Position numbers and translations under genes: made by a program
Assembly: GCA_030704615.1 (NCBI GenBank)
Contig: CM060734.1
Span: 868,001 to 932,000 of the forward strand
Length of the DNA stretch: 64,000 nt
Direction: 5' to 3'
From: Takakia lepidozioides
Taxonomy: Eukaryota > Plantae > Bryophyta
Shown: positions 36,341 to 48,317 of the stretch, in pieces
Numbering within the stretch: position 1 is the stretch's first letter
Layout: the number at the start of each line of letters is the position of its first letter
The notes under the pieces: generated by a model
What the model was told of the DNA's origin: nothing
The model's input: the letters and a program-made list of their open reading frames with translations, nothing else
The model's database searches: none

Positions 36341-37031
36341 GTTGCCCTTGGTTGTCTTCCTAGAGCGCCCCATTGAATCACCAATGTCTAAAACCGCCCT
36401 CTAGCCAGTCAAGGGACGAACTTCTTTGAGATTGAGTTGATGTGAGACTCTATTAGAAGCATTTTTGGGCATTCCAACCTTCAAAATACCTCTGTTATCA
36501 AGTCTCGAGATGGAGCCATTGGCCATGAAATCCAAGCCTAAGCTAGAGCATGTAGTTTTAAAGGACACATCGTCCATCCTGGGATTCACCCCAAAAACTA
36601 CACATGAAGCCCTAGATTTGGCATAAGTAACCAATTCCCAGGAATCACCCTGGGGAGTGTTGCTGTTGACAGTAGGTAATGTAATGATTGTTTTCGTAGG
36701 CCATAAGTTTAAGCACAAGGACCAACCCTAGCCCAAGTGCCGAGTATGCTAGACAGACCATACGACTGCCCAATTTGGGCGGAGGGGCTGCCCCCAAGCG
36801 GTAGGGGTCCGCTTGTTACCATTCGGAGATCACACTCCAGGGAGTTGCAGGGAATGGCCCGTGTAGGCATATTCTAAAGAGGGAAAGGCCCCAAGCTTTC
36901 CAACTAAATCCAATGCACTACCTTACCTCGAGCAAAGCGCTTCAGGTCGAAACAAACAAAGACACGAGGTCACAAGGCCGGCATTTAGTCACAGAGACAT
37001 TAATGTACTCCCGTATCAAGTCCACCCAATG
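36341..37031 (-). mobile_element. LINE 5' end fragment (5' UTR + start of ORF1)
   Basis: Highly similar to about 45428-46098. Confidence 0.9.
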
Positions 37032-37072
37032 GCAGTAGGCTTCCTAGAGGACAGGGAGAAAGGGGACAGAGA

Positions 37073-40054
37073 ATGTACTCATAAGACGTTGTTTGCCGTA
37101 GGCTTGTGGCCATTGACCCCGCACCCAGTTTGAGCGGAAACCAAAGGGACAGAACCTACCTCTGTCAGGGGCTGACATTGGTAGTAAGACTTACCTTTAT
37201 ACAAAGAATTGATTCGGGTTTTTCAGATATCCTCTAGAAATCCCTTCGCACAAGCATCAATCTGCTGTGTGTGATTTGCCCAAAAACTAGGCCTCAGAAG
37301 GGCCTGGGCTTTTGGCTCAGCCTCGAGACTTTCAAAGTTGGTAAACAGAGGTACAGGCACAATTCTCTTGATAGATTGGAGGAGAGCTTCTCTCTGGTGA
37401 GAGTACCCCGGACAGTGAATCAGAAAATGAATATTGTCTTCAGATTGCCCACACAACGGGCAATTGCACTCTCCCTTTCCTCTCTGCTTCTGTTTACTGT
37501 TCAAAGGTAGGCTTCCTGCCCTGAGTTTAAATTTCAGTCTGGTGTCGGGAGTGGGTAGACCCTTGAGGTCATCCATGATATCCTCCCCCATGTCACAGAC
37601 TGGAAACAAGTTCAGGGAAGTTTTCTGCCTAACTTCATTTGCATCAGACAATTTACTAGTAACAGACATGGCTTTGGACACTACAGTCTCTAAGTCAGAT
37701 TTATCCAGCAAGGTCAAGACTTGCGGGTCCAGATTCAGATCCTTGAGAATCTCTTCTACTCTCTTCTGCCAGGACTTAGCCTATTTGACAGGGCGGGCTT
37801 GTTTCCAAGATATAGAGTCGATGAACTTAGGGTATCTGGTGTTGGACGTGTTGCAACTGACCCCACCATCTGACCTTGAATTCATCTCGTCGGGAGCTTA
37901 AGGAAGGGATGCCAAACTCAGCCTGAACAGCCACATTGGCTGTTTTGGAGCATGCTGACATACACTCCTTAAGCACCCCCACTTGAATGGATTCTAGAGA
38001 CTTAGTCTGGTTGGAGTTATCAACCCATATAGCAGATCCGTAGGTCTAATAACGCGGCAAAGCAAGGTTTTCTTGACCTCAGAGTTAATCCCTCTACAAT
38101 GTAAAAATTTAGTGAGACTCAGCACTTTGCCCTTGCCAGTTTGAACAACTTTCGGGATATGTGCATCCCAGATATAGTTGGAGGAAAACTCAACGCCTAG
38201 GTATGTGTAGGAAGAGAGGACTAGAATCTCTTGGCTACCCCACTGCCACTTAAGATCACTTCCTCCCTCTCCTCTGTCGTTGAATGCCACCACTGCACAT
38301 TTACTGACATTAGCCTCTAGCCCCCAAAGATCAAAGTATCTCTTCGTGCAATCAATCAATTCCTGGAGGTTGGAAGGAGTCTCCCCTATGCCTGCGAAGT
38401 CATCCGCAAACATAAGGGCTGAAATGGTGGCATCACCCACCCTTAACCCAAATCCCTCACGTTCCACATCCTCGAGGAGTTGATTGATGAAAACATTGAA
38501 GAGCAGAGGGGAGAGAGTACATCCTTGAGCTACACCTTGGTCTATGTCAAAGAAGTTGGACTTCTGTCCGTTAACAGTGACACAGCTTTTGGTGTGAGCA
38601 TACAAGTTGTGGACAACTCTCCACATCTTTCCCTTGATCCCACAAGACCAGAGGCGGAACCATAGGCCATCTCTCCACACTGTGTCATAAGCCTTTTTGA
38701 CATCCAGGAAAAAGACATAAGTGGGTTTCCCTTCTTTTTTCCTTCCCTGGATAATCTGGCTTAGAGTGAAGATATGGTCCACACAGCCCCTGTTTCGCCG
38801 AAAGCCAGCTTGGCCTTCGTGAAAACAACCTCTAGATTCCAGATCAACCTCGAGACGAGTACTTATAACTCTGCAAAATATCTTTCCAACAGCATTGAGG
38901 AGCGTGATGCCACGATAGTTCCCTGGGTCTTCTCTGTCACCCTTCTTGTATAGATTGACAATGACCCCCTGTCGCCAGCGAAAGGGGATCATTTCAGTCT
39001 TCCAGATAAGGTTAAAGAGGAGAACTAGGGCCTCTATCATGGGATCGCCACCGTGCTTGATAAGCTCGTTGACTATGCCATCAGGACCACCTGCTTTATA
39101 TCCATTTAGATGTTCAATTGCTTCCACAATCTCAGAAGAACTAATGGGAGCGTTGTAGGCTTTTGAAATATACTCCAGATCATCAGGGCTGTTTTGAATC
39201 ATAGGAACAGTTTTACCAACTGTCCTTCCATTCATCAGAGGACCCCACACTGTTAGACCTAGAAGTTCTGCCAAGGATACTGTAGTGGGTTTCAAAGGTT
39301 TTGACAATGTCAACCGATGAAGTTACCACTGCACCCTTAGTAGTCGACAGCTTTTTGGCTTGTACAAGCGTTGAAGGGCCAACCAGAATCTCTTGTCATT
39401 ACCACCATGGTGGTTTGAGTTTATTTCACTGTATAACTTGTCCCAGTATAATTTCTTCTGAGCCCTTACAAGCAGATTGATATCTTTACGGATCTGGTAG
39501 TACCTCGCCCACAATTCTTTGTTGGTTTTCAAATTGCAGCACTCTTTATAAAGGACTCATCTCTCAGCTATCTTGAGTTTAATCTCATTGGTCCACCAAT
39601 TAACAGCTCTACCGCAGACAATTAGTTTCCTCCCAATGATCTTGTCAGCCGCAGAGGAGACGAAACTCTCCCAAGAATCCACTGCTCTTTCGACTTCATT
39701 TCTTGCATTGTCAGCGCGAGACTGAAGGTCTTGGAGCGAATGGACAAAATGAGGAAGAGCCTCTTGCAAGGCCTGGACATACTCAGCCTTGACCTCTTCA
39801 TTATGGAATTTTTCTAGGCGCCACTTCCGAATCGAACGTTTCACAGATCTCTTGGTGTTGGGAAACACCTTTTGATCTCAGTCCAAACCAGGAAGTGGTC
39901 AGAGGTACCAATATCAGTTCTGTCGATCAACGCATTGGCACTCTGGGGAAACAAATTTTTGTCCATTAAGATATAATCCACAATGGAACGTTCCCCAGTT
40001 TGGGCTTTCTCGCGAGTCCACTGCACTTGGTCACCTTTTGCCCTATTGTTCAAG
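37073..40054 (-). mobile_element. 5'-truncated RTE/RTEX-like LINE
   Basis: End of APE (IVDYI, TSDHF), RT (QGCTLSP, MFADD) and C-terminal CPLC...HFLIHC; GACAGAGA occurs at both ends. Confidence 0.93.
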
Positions 40055-40068
40055 GCCAGACAGAGAGA

Positions 40069-40137
40069 TTGTACTCATAAGACGTTGTTTGCCGTAGCCT
40101 TGTGGCCATTGACCCCACGCCCAGTTTGAGCGGGAAA
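40069..40137 (-). mobile_element. ~69-bp LINE 3'-end insertion with 14-bp TSD
   Basis: LINE 3' terminus flanked by GCCAGACAGAGAGA at 40055-40068 and 40138-40151. Confidence 0.85.
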
Positions 40138-40454
40138 GCCAGACAGAGAGAGAGAGAGATACACACTAGTGCAGGCCATGAACTACTGTAGCTGCAAAAC
40201 AAACCAGCAATGTTATGTTGGAGCAAACAGAGGATGCTTTGCTTCCAGGAGGATGGGAACAGGTGATTTAAACAGCTCTTGCTGGTAAACAATTACACAA
40301 TTGGCCGCAAGCATGACTGCGAGTAATATTACAATCTGCTTGGCTTGAAAATTATCCACATCAAGCAGTTTCTCAGATGACTGGTTTTGCAGCTAGTCAC
40401 AAAGAAATATAATCGGGTACCTTGGCAATAGGGCCAAGCACATCACCCCGCAAG

Positions 40455-43400
40455 CTAGCTCTTTCTAGTTAACTTCACATACGTTATCAAGAGAATGGCT
40501 AGAATCAGGACGGTAATAATGGCCCCCATTGTCCACTTGTTTCGAGTCATGCGTCGTGCCATGGAATTCAGGATTCGCCGACTCTTCCCAATGCTGTCAT
40601 CCACACCATGCAGCTGCATCCAAAGCACACTTGAGATACCTTGAAATGCCACAGCAATGAATGGAGCCCTCAAGAGATTGTAAGTGCATCTGTAAACAAT
40701 TGAAGCAAACCACCTTACAGGGCTCCATGTTCCACTTTCCTTTATTTATGACAGCATCCAGTTCCAAGTGCTAGATGAAGAAGGAGAAATACTGACTAAC
40801 ACTGGAATTCAGTGAGTACGATTCTGGCCTTCCAGTTGTTTTCTCCAGAAAACCCTTCAACAAAAGCATTGTTTTGCAATTAAGGACTTTCCAGAGTAGT
40901 CCGAAGCAAGGTCGCAGCTCCAATCCATGCATTCAGCATACCAAACTTGAGAAACTATAAAGTAGCAAGGTCAATTCTGACAATATAAAAACAGGCAGTG
41001 CTGCACAAAACACCAGCCAAATCCTCAGAAGAAGTGGGGTGGCAAGGGGGAGGGCGTTAGGGCTACAGTTTCAAGAAGAACTTTTCAAAAAGGGGTACCT
41101 ACCCCTTATGTGCCGGTAGGGGCATCCCTCTGAAAAGGACCTTTAACTGGCCCACCAAGCAACACTCTCCTCAACATCGCGCTCCTCCAATGAGAGAAGT
41201 GAAAGAGTAGCACTAACTGAAATATTTGAAAAAAAATCAAACAACAGAACCTTGCCAAAAGGAAAAGATTGTACTCATAAGACGTTGTTTGCCGTAGCCT
41301 TGTGGCCATTGACCCCGCGCCCAGTTTGAGCGGGAACAAAAGGGACAGAACCTACCTCTGTCAGGGGCTGACATTGGTAGTAAGACTTACCTCCATATAA
41401 AGAATTAATCCGGGTTTTCCAGATATCCTCTAGAAATCCCTTCACACAAGCATCAATCTGCTGTGTGTGATTTGCCCAAAAACTAGGCCTCAGGAGGGCC
41501 TGGGCTTTTGGCGGAGTTGCGTGTATGGAAAGCCCAAGTACGGCATACAAACAATGCCAGAGGCTCCCCCGGTGTGGCCGGTGGAACCTCGAGACTTTCA
41601 AAGTTGGTAAACAGGGGTACAGGCACAATTCCCTTAATAGATTTGAAGAGAGCGTCTCTTTGGTGAGAGAACCCCGGACAGTGTATCAGAAAATGAATAC
41701 TGTCTTCAGATTGCCCACATAACGGGCAATTGCACTCTCCCTTTCCTCTCTGCTTTTGTTTGCTGTTCAAAGGTAGGCTTCCTGCCCTGAGTTTAAATTT
41801 CAGTCTAGTGCCGAGAGTGGGTAGACCCTTGAGGTCATCCAAGATGTCCTCCCCCATGTCACAGACTGGAAACAAGTTCAGGGAAGTTTTCTGCCTAACT
41901 TCATTTTCATCAGACAATCTCATGGCAACAGACATGGCTGAGGACACTACAGCCTCTAAGTCAGATTTATCCAGCAGGGTCAAGACTTGCGGATCCAGAT
42001 CCAGGTCCTTGAGGATCTCTTCTACTCTCTTCTGCCAGGACTTAGCCTGTTTGACAGGGCGGTCCTGTTTCCAAGATATAGAGTCGATTAACTTAGGATA
42101 TCTGGTGTTGGGCATATGTTGCAGCTGACCCCACCATCTGACCTTGAATTCATCTTGTCGGGAGCTTAAGGACGGAATGCCAAACTCACCCCGAACAGCC
42201 ACATTGGCTGTTTTGGAGCATGCTGACATACACTCCTTAAGCACCCCCACTTGAATGGATTCTAGAGACTTAGCCTGGTTGGAGTTATCAACCCATATAG
42301 CAGATCCGTACTCCAAGGCAGGTCTAATAACGCGTCAAAGCATGGTTTTCTTAACCTCAGAGTTGACCCCTCTGCAGTGGAAAATTTAGTGAGCCCCAGA
42401 GCTTTGCCCTTGCCAGTTTGAACAACTTTCCGGATATGTGCATCCCAATTACAATTGGAGGAGAACTCAACGCCCAGGTAAGTGTAGGAAGGGAGGACCG
42501 GGATCTCTTGGCTACCCCACTGCCACTTAAGATCACTTCCTCCCTCTCCTCTGTCGTTGAATGCTACCACTGCACATTTGCTGACATTAGCCTCTAGCCC
42601 CCAAAGATCAAAGTATCTCTTCGCGCAATCAATCAACTCCTGGAGATTGATTGGAGTCTCCCCTATGCCTGCGAAGTCATCCGCAAACATAAGGGCTGGT
42701 ATGGTGGTATCACCCACCCTTAACCCAAATCCCTCACTTTCCACATCCTCGAGGAGTTGATTGATGAAAACATTGAAGAGCAGAGGGGAGAGAGTACATC
42801 CTTGAGCTACACCTTGGTCTATGTCAAAGAAGTTGGACTTCTGTCCGTTAACAGTGACACAGCTTTTGGTGTGAGCATACAAGTTGTGGACAACTCTCCA
42901 CATCTTTCCCTTGATCCCACAAGACCAGAGGCGGAACCATAGGCCATCTCTCCACACTGTGTCATAAGCCTTTTTGACATCCAGGAAAAAGACATAAGTG
43001 GGTTTCCCTTCTTTTTTCCTTCCCTGGATAATCTGGCTTAGAGTGAAGATATGGTCCACACAGCCCCTGTTTCGCCGAAAGCCAGCTTGGCCTTCGTGGA
43101 AACAACCTCTAGACTCCAGATCAACCTCGAGACGAGTACTTATAACTCTGCAGAATGTCTTCCCTTCTTGTATAGATTGACAATGACCCCCTGTCGCCAG
43201 CGAAAGGGGATCATTTCAGTCTTCCAGATAAGGTTAGAGAGGAGAACTAGGGCCTCTATCATGGGATCGCCACCGTGCTTGATAAGCTCGTTGACAATAC
43301 CATCAGGTCCACCAGCTTTATATCCATTTAAATGTTCAATTGCTTCCACAATCTCAGAAGAACTAATGGGAGCATTATAAGCCATTGAAATATACTCCAG

Positions 43401-46400
43401 TTCATCAGGGCTGTTTTGAATCATAGGAACAGTTTTTCCAACTGTGTCCCTCCATTCAGCACAAGACCCCTCACTGTTAGACCTAGAAGTTCTGCCAAGG
43501 ATACTGTAGTGAGTTTCAAAGGTTTTGACAATGTCAACCGATGAAGTCACCACTGCACCTTTAGTAGTCTTCAGCGCTTGTACTTGCTAACCGTTTTTCA
43601 GCTTGTACAAACGTTGAAGAGCCAACCAGAATTTCTTGTCATTACCACCATGGTGGTTTGAGTTTATTTCACTGTATAACTTGTCCCAGTATAATTTCTT
43701 CTGAGACCTAACAAGCTGATTGATATCTTTACGGAGCTGGTAGTACCTCGCCCACAATTCTCTGTTGGTTTCCAAATTGCAGCACTCTTTATAGAGGGCT
43801 CGTCTCTCAGCTACCTTGAGTTTAATCTCATTAGTCCACCAATTAACTGCTCAACCGCAGACAATTAGTTTCCTCCCAATGATCTTGTCAGCCACGGAGG
43901 AAACGAAACTCTCCCAAGAGTCCACTGCTCTTTCGACTTCATTTCTTGCGTTAACAGAGCGTGACTGAAGTTCTTGGAGCGATTGAACAAAATGAGGGAG
44001 AGCCTCTTGCAAGGCCTGGACGTACTCAGCCTTGACCTCCTCATTGTGGAATTTTTCTATGCGCCACTTCCGAATCGAACGTTTCACAGATCTCTTGGTG
44101 GTGGGAAAACACCTTTTGATCTCAGTCCAAACCCGGAAGTGGTCAGAGGTACCAATATCAGTTCTGTCGATCAACACATTGGCACACTGGGGGAACAAAA
44201 TTTTGTCCATTATGATATAGTCCACAATGGAACGTTCCCCAGTTTGGGACTTCTCACGAGTCCAGTGCACTTGGTCACCTCTTGTCCTGTTATTCAAGGT
44301 CAAAAGCTGAAGCTCTTCTAGACAGTTAATTAACCGTCTGCCATTAGAATTCAGCTCGTCCTCACCAAAAGGTCCAATGATATCGTCCTGATGGATCCCT
44401 TTGCCCACCCGGGCATTGAAGTCCCCCAATAGTACCACCTGACCTTTGGCAAGGAACGAAGCACAGTCCAGCTTTACATCTTCGAAGGTCTTGTCTTCGT
44501 CAGCACTAAGGGTCCCCTCTGTGGGCATGTAAACACAACCAACAAAGAGGTCCTTTGTACTCATGCCGCCCTTCAAATTCAGTTTTAGCCAGATACTATG
44601 CTCGTACCTCAAACCCTTGTTGATAATTTCACAATTGTCAAACAAGAAATCACGGACAAAGAATCCGACCCCTTTTTGACCGCGTTTGGCAGAGGCTGCC
44701 TTGAGAGTACACATCTTACCTGCCCATTTATAACCAATGACATCTCCAACCAGTTTATCCGATGTTTCCCATGTTTCTTGCCCAGCACAGATATGAATAT
44801 CATTAGTCCGAAGAACTTGTCCCACTTCAAGTTGTTTCCTTTGGTTGGTCAACCCTGAGAAGTTGAAAGTGGCCAGCCGCCCTTTGCGTGTGAATTGTTT
44901 GTCGTCTAGGTAGCTTGTGATTGCTCCTGGACGGCCAACCGTTCTGCAAAGGGGGGACAGTTACCCCATGTGTAGATTTTGCTCGTCTTGTGTAAACTTT
45001 GAGAATTGGTAAACCATTCAGGGTACCAAATCTTTCAGTTACACGACACACAGGCTCCGCACACATAGGGGCAGATTGTCCGTCAGACTGCTTGGGGACA
45101 ATTACCCCGTGTATAGATTTTGCTCGTCTTGTGTAGACTTTGAGGATTGGTAAACCATTTAGAGTACCAAATCCTTCAGTTACACGACGTTCAGGCTCTG
45201 CACACTTAGGGACAGATTGTCCATCTGACGGCTTGGGGACAATTACCCCGTGTATAGAATTTGTTCGTCTTGTGTAAACCTTGAGGATTGGTAAACCATT
45301 CAGAGTACCAAATCCTTCAGATTCAGGACGTTCAGGTTCCGTACACTTAGGGGCATCTTGTCCTTCTGGCTGTTTGGATTCAACCTCATCCAGAGCATCA
45401 AACCGATTAGAAACTCTCAAGTTGAAGTTGTTGCCCTTGGTTGTCTTCCTAGAGCGCCCCATTGAATCACCAATGTCTAAGACCACTCTCCAGCCAGTCA
45501 AGGGACGAACTTCTTTAAGATTGAATTGATGCGGGACTCTATTAGAAGCACTTTTGGTCATTGCAACCTTCAACGTACCCCTGTTATCAAGTCTCGAAAT
45601 GGTACCATTAGCCATGAAATCCAAGCCTATGCTAGAGCATGTAATTTTAAAGGACACATCGTCCATCCTGGGATTCACCCCAAAAACTACACATGAAGCC
45701 CTAGATTTGGCATAAGTAACCAATTCCCAGGGATCACCCTGAGGAGTGTTGATGTTGATAGGAGCTAAATTTTTGATTGTTTTCGCAGGCCATAAGTTTA
45801 AGCACAGGAACTAACCCGAGCCCAAGTGCCACGTATGCTAGACAGAGCATACGACTGCCCCCAAGCGGTAGGAGTCCGCTTGTTACCATTCAGAGATCAC
45901 ACTCCAGGGAGTTGCAGGGAATGGCCCGTGTAGGCATATTCTAAAGAGGGAAAGGCCCCAAGCTTTCCAACTAAATCCAATGCACTACCTTACCTGAAGC
46001 AAAGTGCTTCAGGTCGAAACAAACAAGGACACGAGGTCACAAGGCCGGCATTTAGTCATAGAGACATTAATGTACTCCCGTTTCAAGTCCACCCAATGTC
46101 AAAAGGAAAAGAGATATAGAGGAGGAAACCCACAGTACTCTGGGAGTGAAGAAGAGTCTGGCGCTGCTGATGAAGGTCTTGAAGAATGGACACACCCAGC
46201 TCTTCAGTTTCCAGCAACGTTCGCTTACTCTCCTTGATTCGGTCACCAGATTGGTTCAATCTCTCGGTGGACATCAACAACCTGTTCCTCTGATCAGTAG
46301 ATGGCTGCCACGTAGTACACAAAGTATTAGAACCAGACAAAGGTTAGCTTAGTGGCATATCCGGCCCACAGCTCTCCATGTGTTTTGTGTCCTTCTCAAC

Positions 46401-47296
46401 TACTGATGCTAATGATGCTAATGATGAGCAATCGTGCACCTGAATCATGTGCCACATCTATACCGGTAAAGAGATTGAGCATCAGTGACAGAACAGCTTT
46501 TATAAAGAAATGGCAAGGAGATAGAGATTTTATTTCCTTTAGATACCTCGGTGGCTACATAAAAACTAGAGATTGCTGAAAGCAATTGGAGCATCTGACA
46601 GCCGCAACATACCTCCACATGATCACGGAGACCAGCCTCTAGAAGATCGTCCCTAGCAGATAGGGGATCCGTCAACGAGGACGACTTCTTTACTTCCCGT
46701 TTCAAATTAGTCAAATCGGACTTGTACTCTCTCAACTTCGCAAGAAGTGTCCCTTTTTGTGTTGGTGGCAAGCTCCTTGCCTCCAAGTCCATTCTCCGGA
46801 TCTTTCAAACCACACATAAATGATTTAGTACACTAGTAATTGACTCCCAAACAGACATCACTTGCAACCATCAGAAAACATCCTATATCATATTCGCCCC
46901 TTCCAAACCTAAAACTGACAGCTAATCCACACAAGCTGCGAGTCCACAGGGAGACCTTCCCATACCAGTGATTCTGCCTCATCCATTCCAGTCTTGAGCT
47001 CCGTGAGCTTCTGCTTCTTCTCCTCTGCAATTGGACAATGGAGCACGCCATTGAAACATCCATCACCATACCACACAATTGTAGAGTCATCAAGAAGCGC
47101 GGCGGGATCTACAAATCTACTATAAAAATTTCTCACCTAAAACAACTAAGAACAGGCAAAAAGGATCTAAAATTCATCAAATTTGCCACCAAAAAGGAGT
47201 ACCTCCATTCAGAACGGCCACAGTTGTACACTTGCGGGATAAATTCGTGGAGAGCTCGCAGTACTGCCTCTCGTATCCTTCGAAAATCTCGCTCAT
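40455..47296 (-). CDS. VTI1: Vesicle transport Qb-SNARE VTI1 (VTI11/VTI13-like), 5 coding exons
   Basis: Exons at about 47296-47203 (MSEIFEGYERQYCELS), 47025-46967, 46801-46613 (MDLEARSL...KLREYKSDL), 46304-46134 (ETEELGVSILQDLHQQR) and 40614-40455 (C-terminal TM); GT-AG introns. Confidence 0.95.
41269..46099 (-). mobile_element. Full-length RTE/RTEX-like LINE in the last VTI1 intron
   Basis: 13-bp TSD CAAAAGGAAAAGA at 41256-41268 and 46100-46112; ORF1-like region, APE (QETW, GDFNARVG, SDH), RT and zinc motif; frameshifted. Confidence 0.95.
44955..45360 (-). repeat. Three ~141-bp (47-aa) in-frame tandem repeats in LINE ORF1
   Basis: PKC.EP......FGTLNGLPILKVYTRR..S.HGV.VP occurs three times. 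Confidence 0.92.
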
Positions 47297-48317
47297 GGCT
47301 TCTCGCTCGATCGACCCCAGCGATTTCCCTTCTGCGCACGGACCAAAGGTTGCACTCCACCCTCATTCTTCTTTCTACCAATACTCTGCGATACCTGCAC
47401 TAGCCGGTCAGAGGACCGGCCAAAACCGGTCATTTCCAAGCGCCTTGGCTACGTCCGACCTGCTATAGCCGGCTCCTTGGCAGGATGCACAGCATCGGAT
47501 GTGGTTTAAGATGAATGAAGTTTTTCCGCAATGACTCCATCCCCGTGGGGTGGTCGCGGGTTCAAATCCGACCCAATGTCTAGTTTGAGTGTGGGAATAC
47601 GATTTCTTGTCGCCCAAGCGATCCACCGGTCTTTCGCAAAAGCGCGTGAAGGGCGAGCTATGGCGGTCGGCGGCATCACCACAGGCACCAGTTTTGTTGG
47701 AAGAGGGGCGGCGCCTGTGAATCTTCTCGGGGGGTTTCTCATGTTGTAATCCGTGTGGGGCAACCTTCGTTTCTGGATTCTAAACCCATCTTTGCAGTTA
47801 CGTTTGTGTCTCGGTTCCCGGCACATTCGGACTTCCTCCCGTCTCTGTTGATGTCTCAGAGAGATTGTGCGATTTCCACAAGAGGGTTTCCAGTTTTTGG
47901 AAAACTTATCAAGTATTAGAAGTCTGACTTGGTCTGGGATTATTATCATTCTGCAGTTCCTGGTTAGCAGGGGTGAATTTATCTTCTCATTTGACATTTT
48001 GTGTAGCATGTTCGCTTATAATGCTCGCATTGTGAATCAGCAAACAGCTGATTGATTTTTTTTGTCCAACTGTGGTAAGCCATCGGATAGCTCTATTCCT
48101 TCCAGATTATGCGACATGGTATTTTGCGTGCCTTTCATTGCAACCAAGGGTTTGGTTCACTGAGGAGGTGGAGGAAGGGGTTAGGGTTATTGAAGCGCCG
48201 ATTATCTTGTTCTTTCAGAGTTCCCGGAGTCAAGATTGGTTTGAGCTTGGCAAGTGACTCTCTCACAACAATTTCTGTAACGGTAATACGTACACAATCA
48301 GTGGACGGAGCAGGGGC

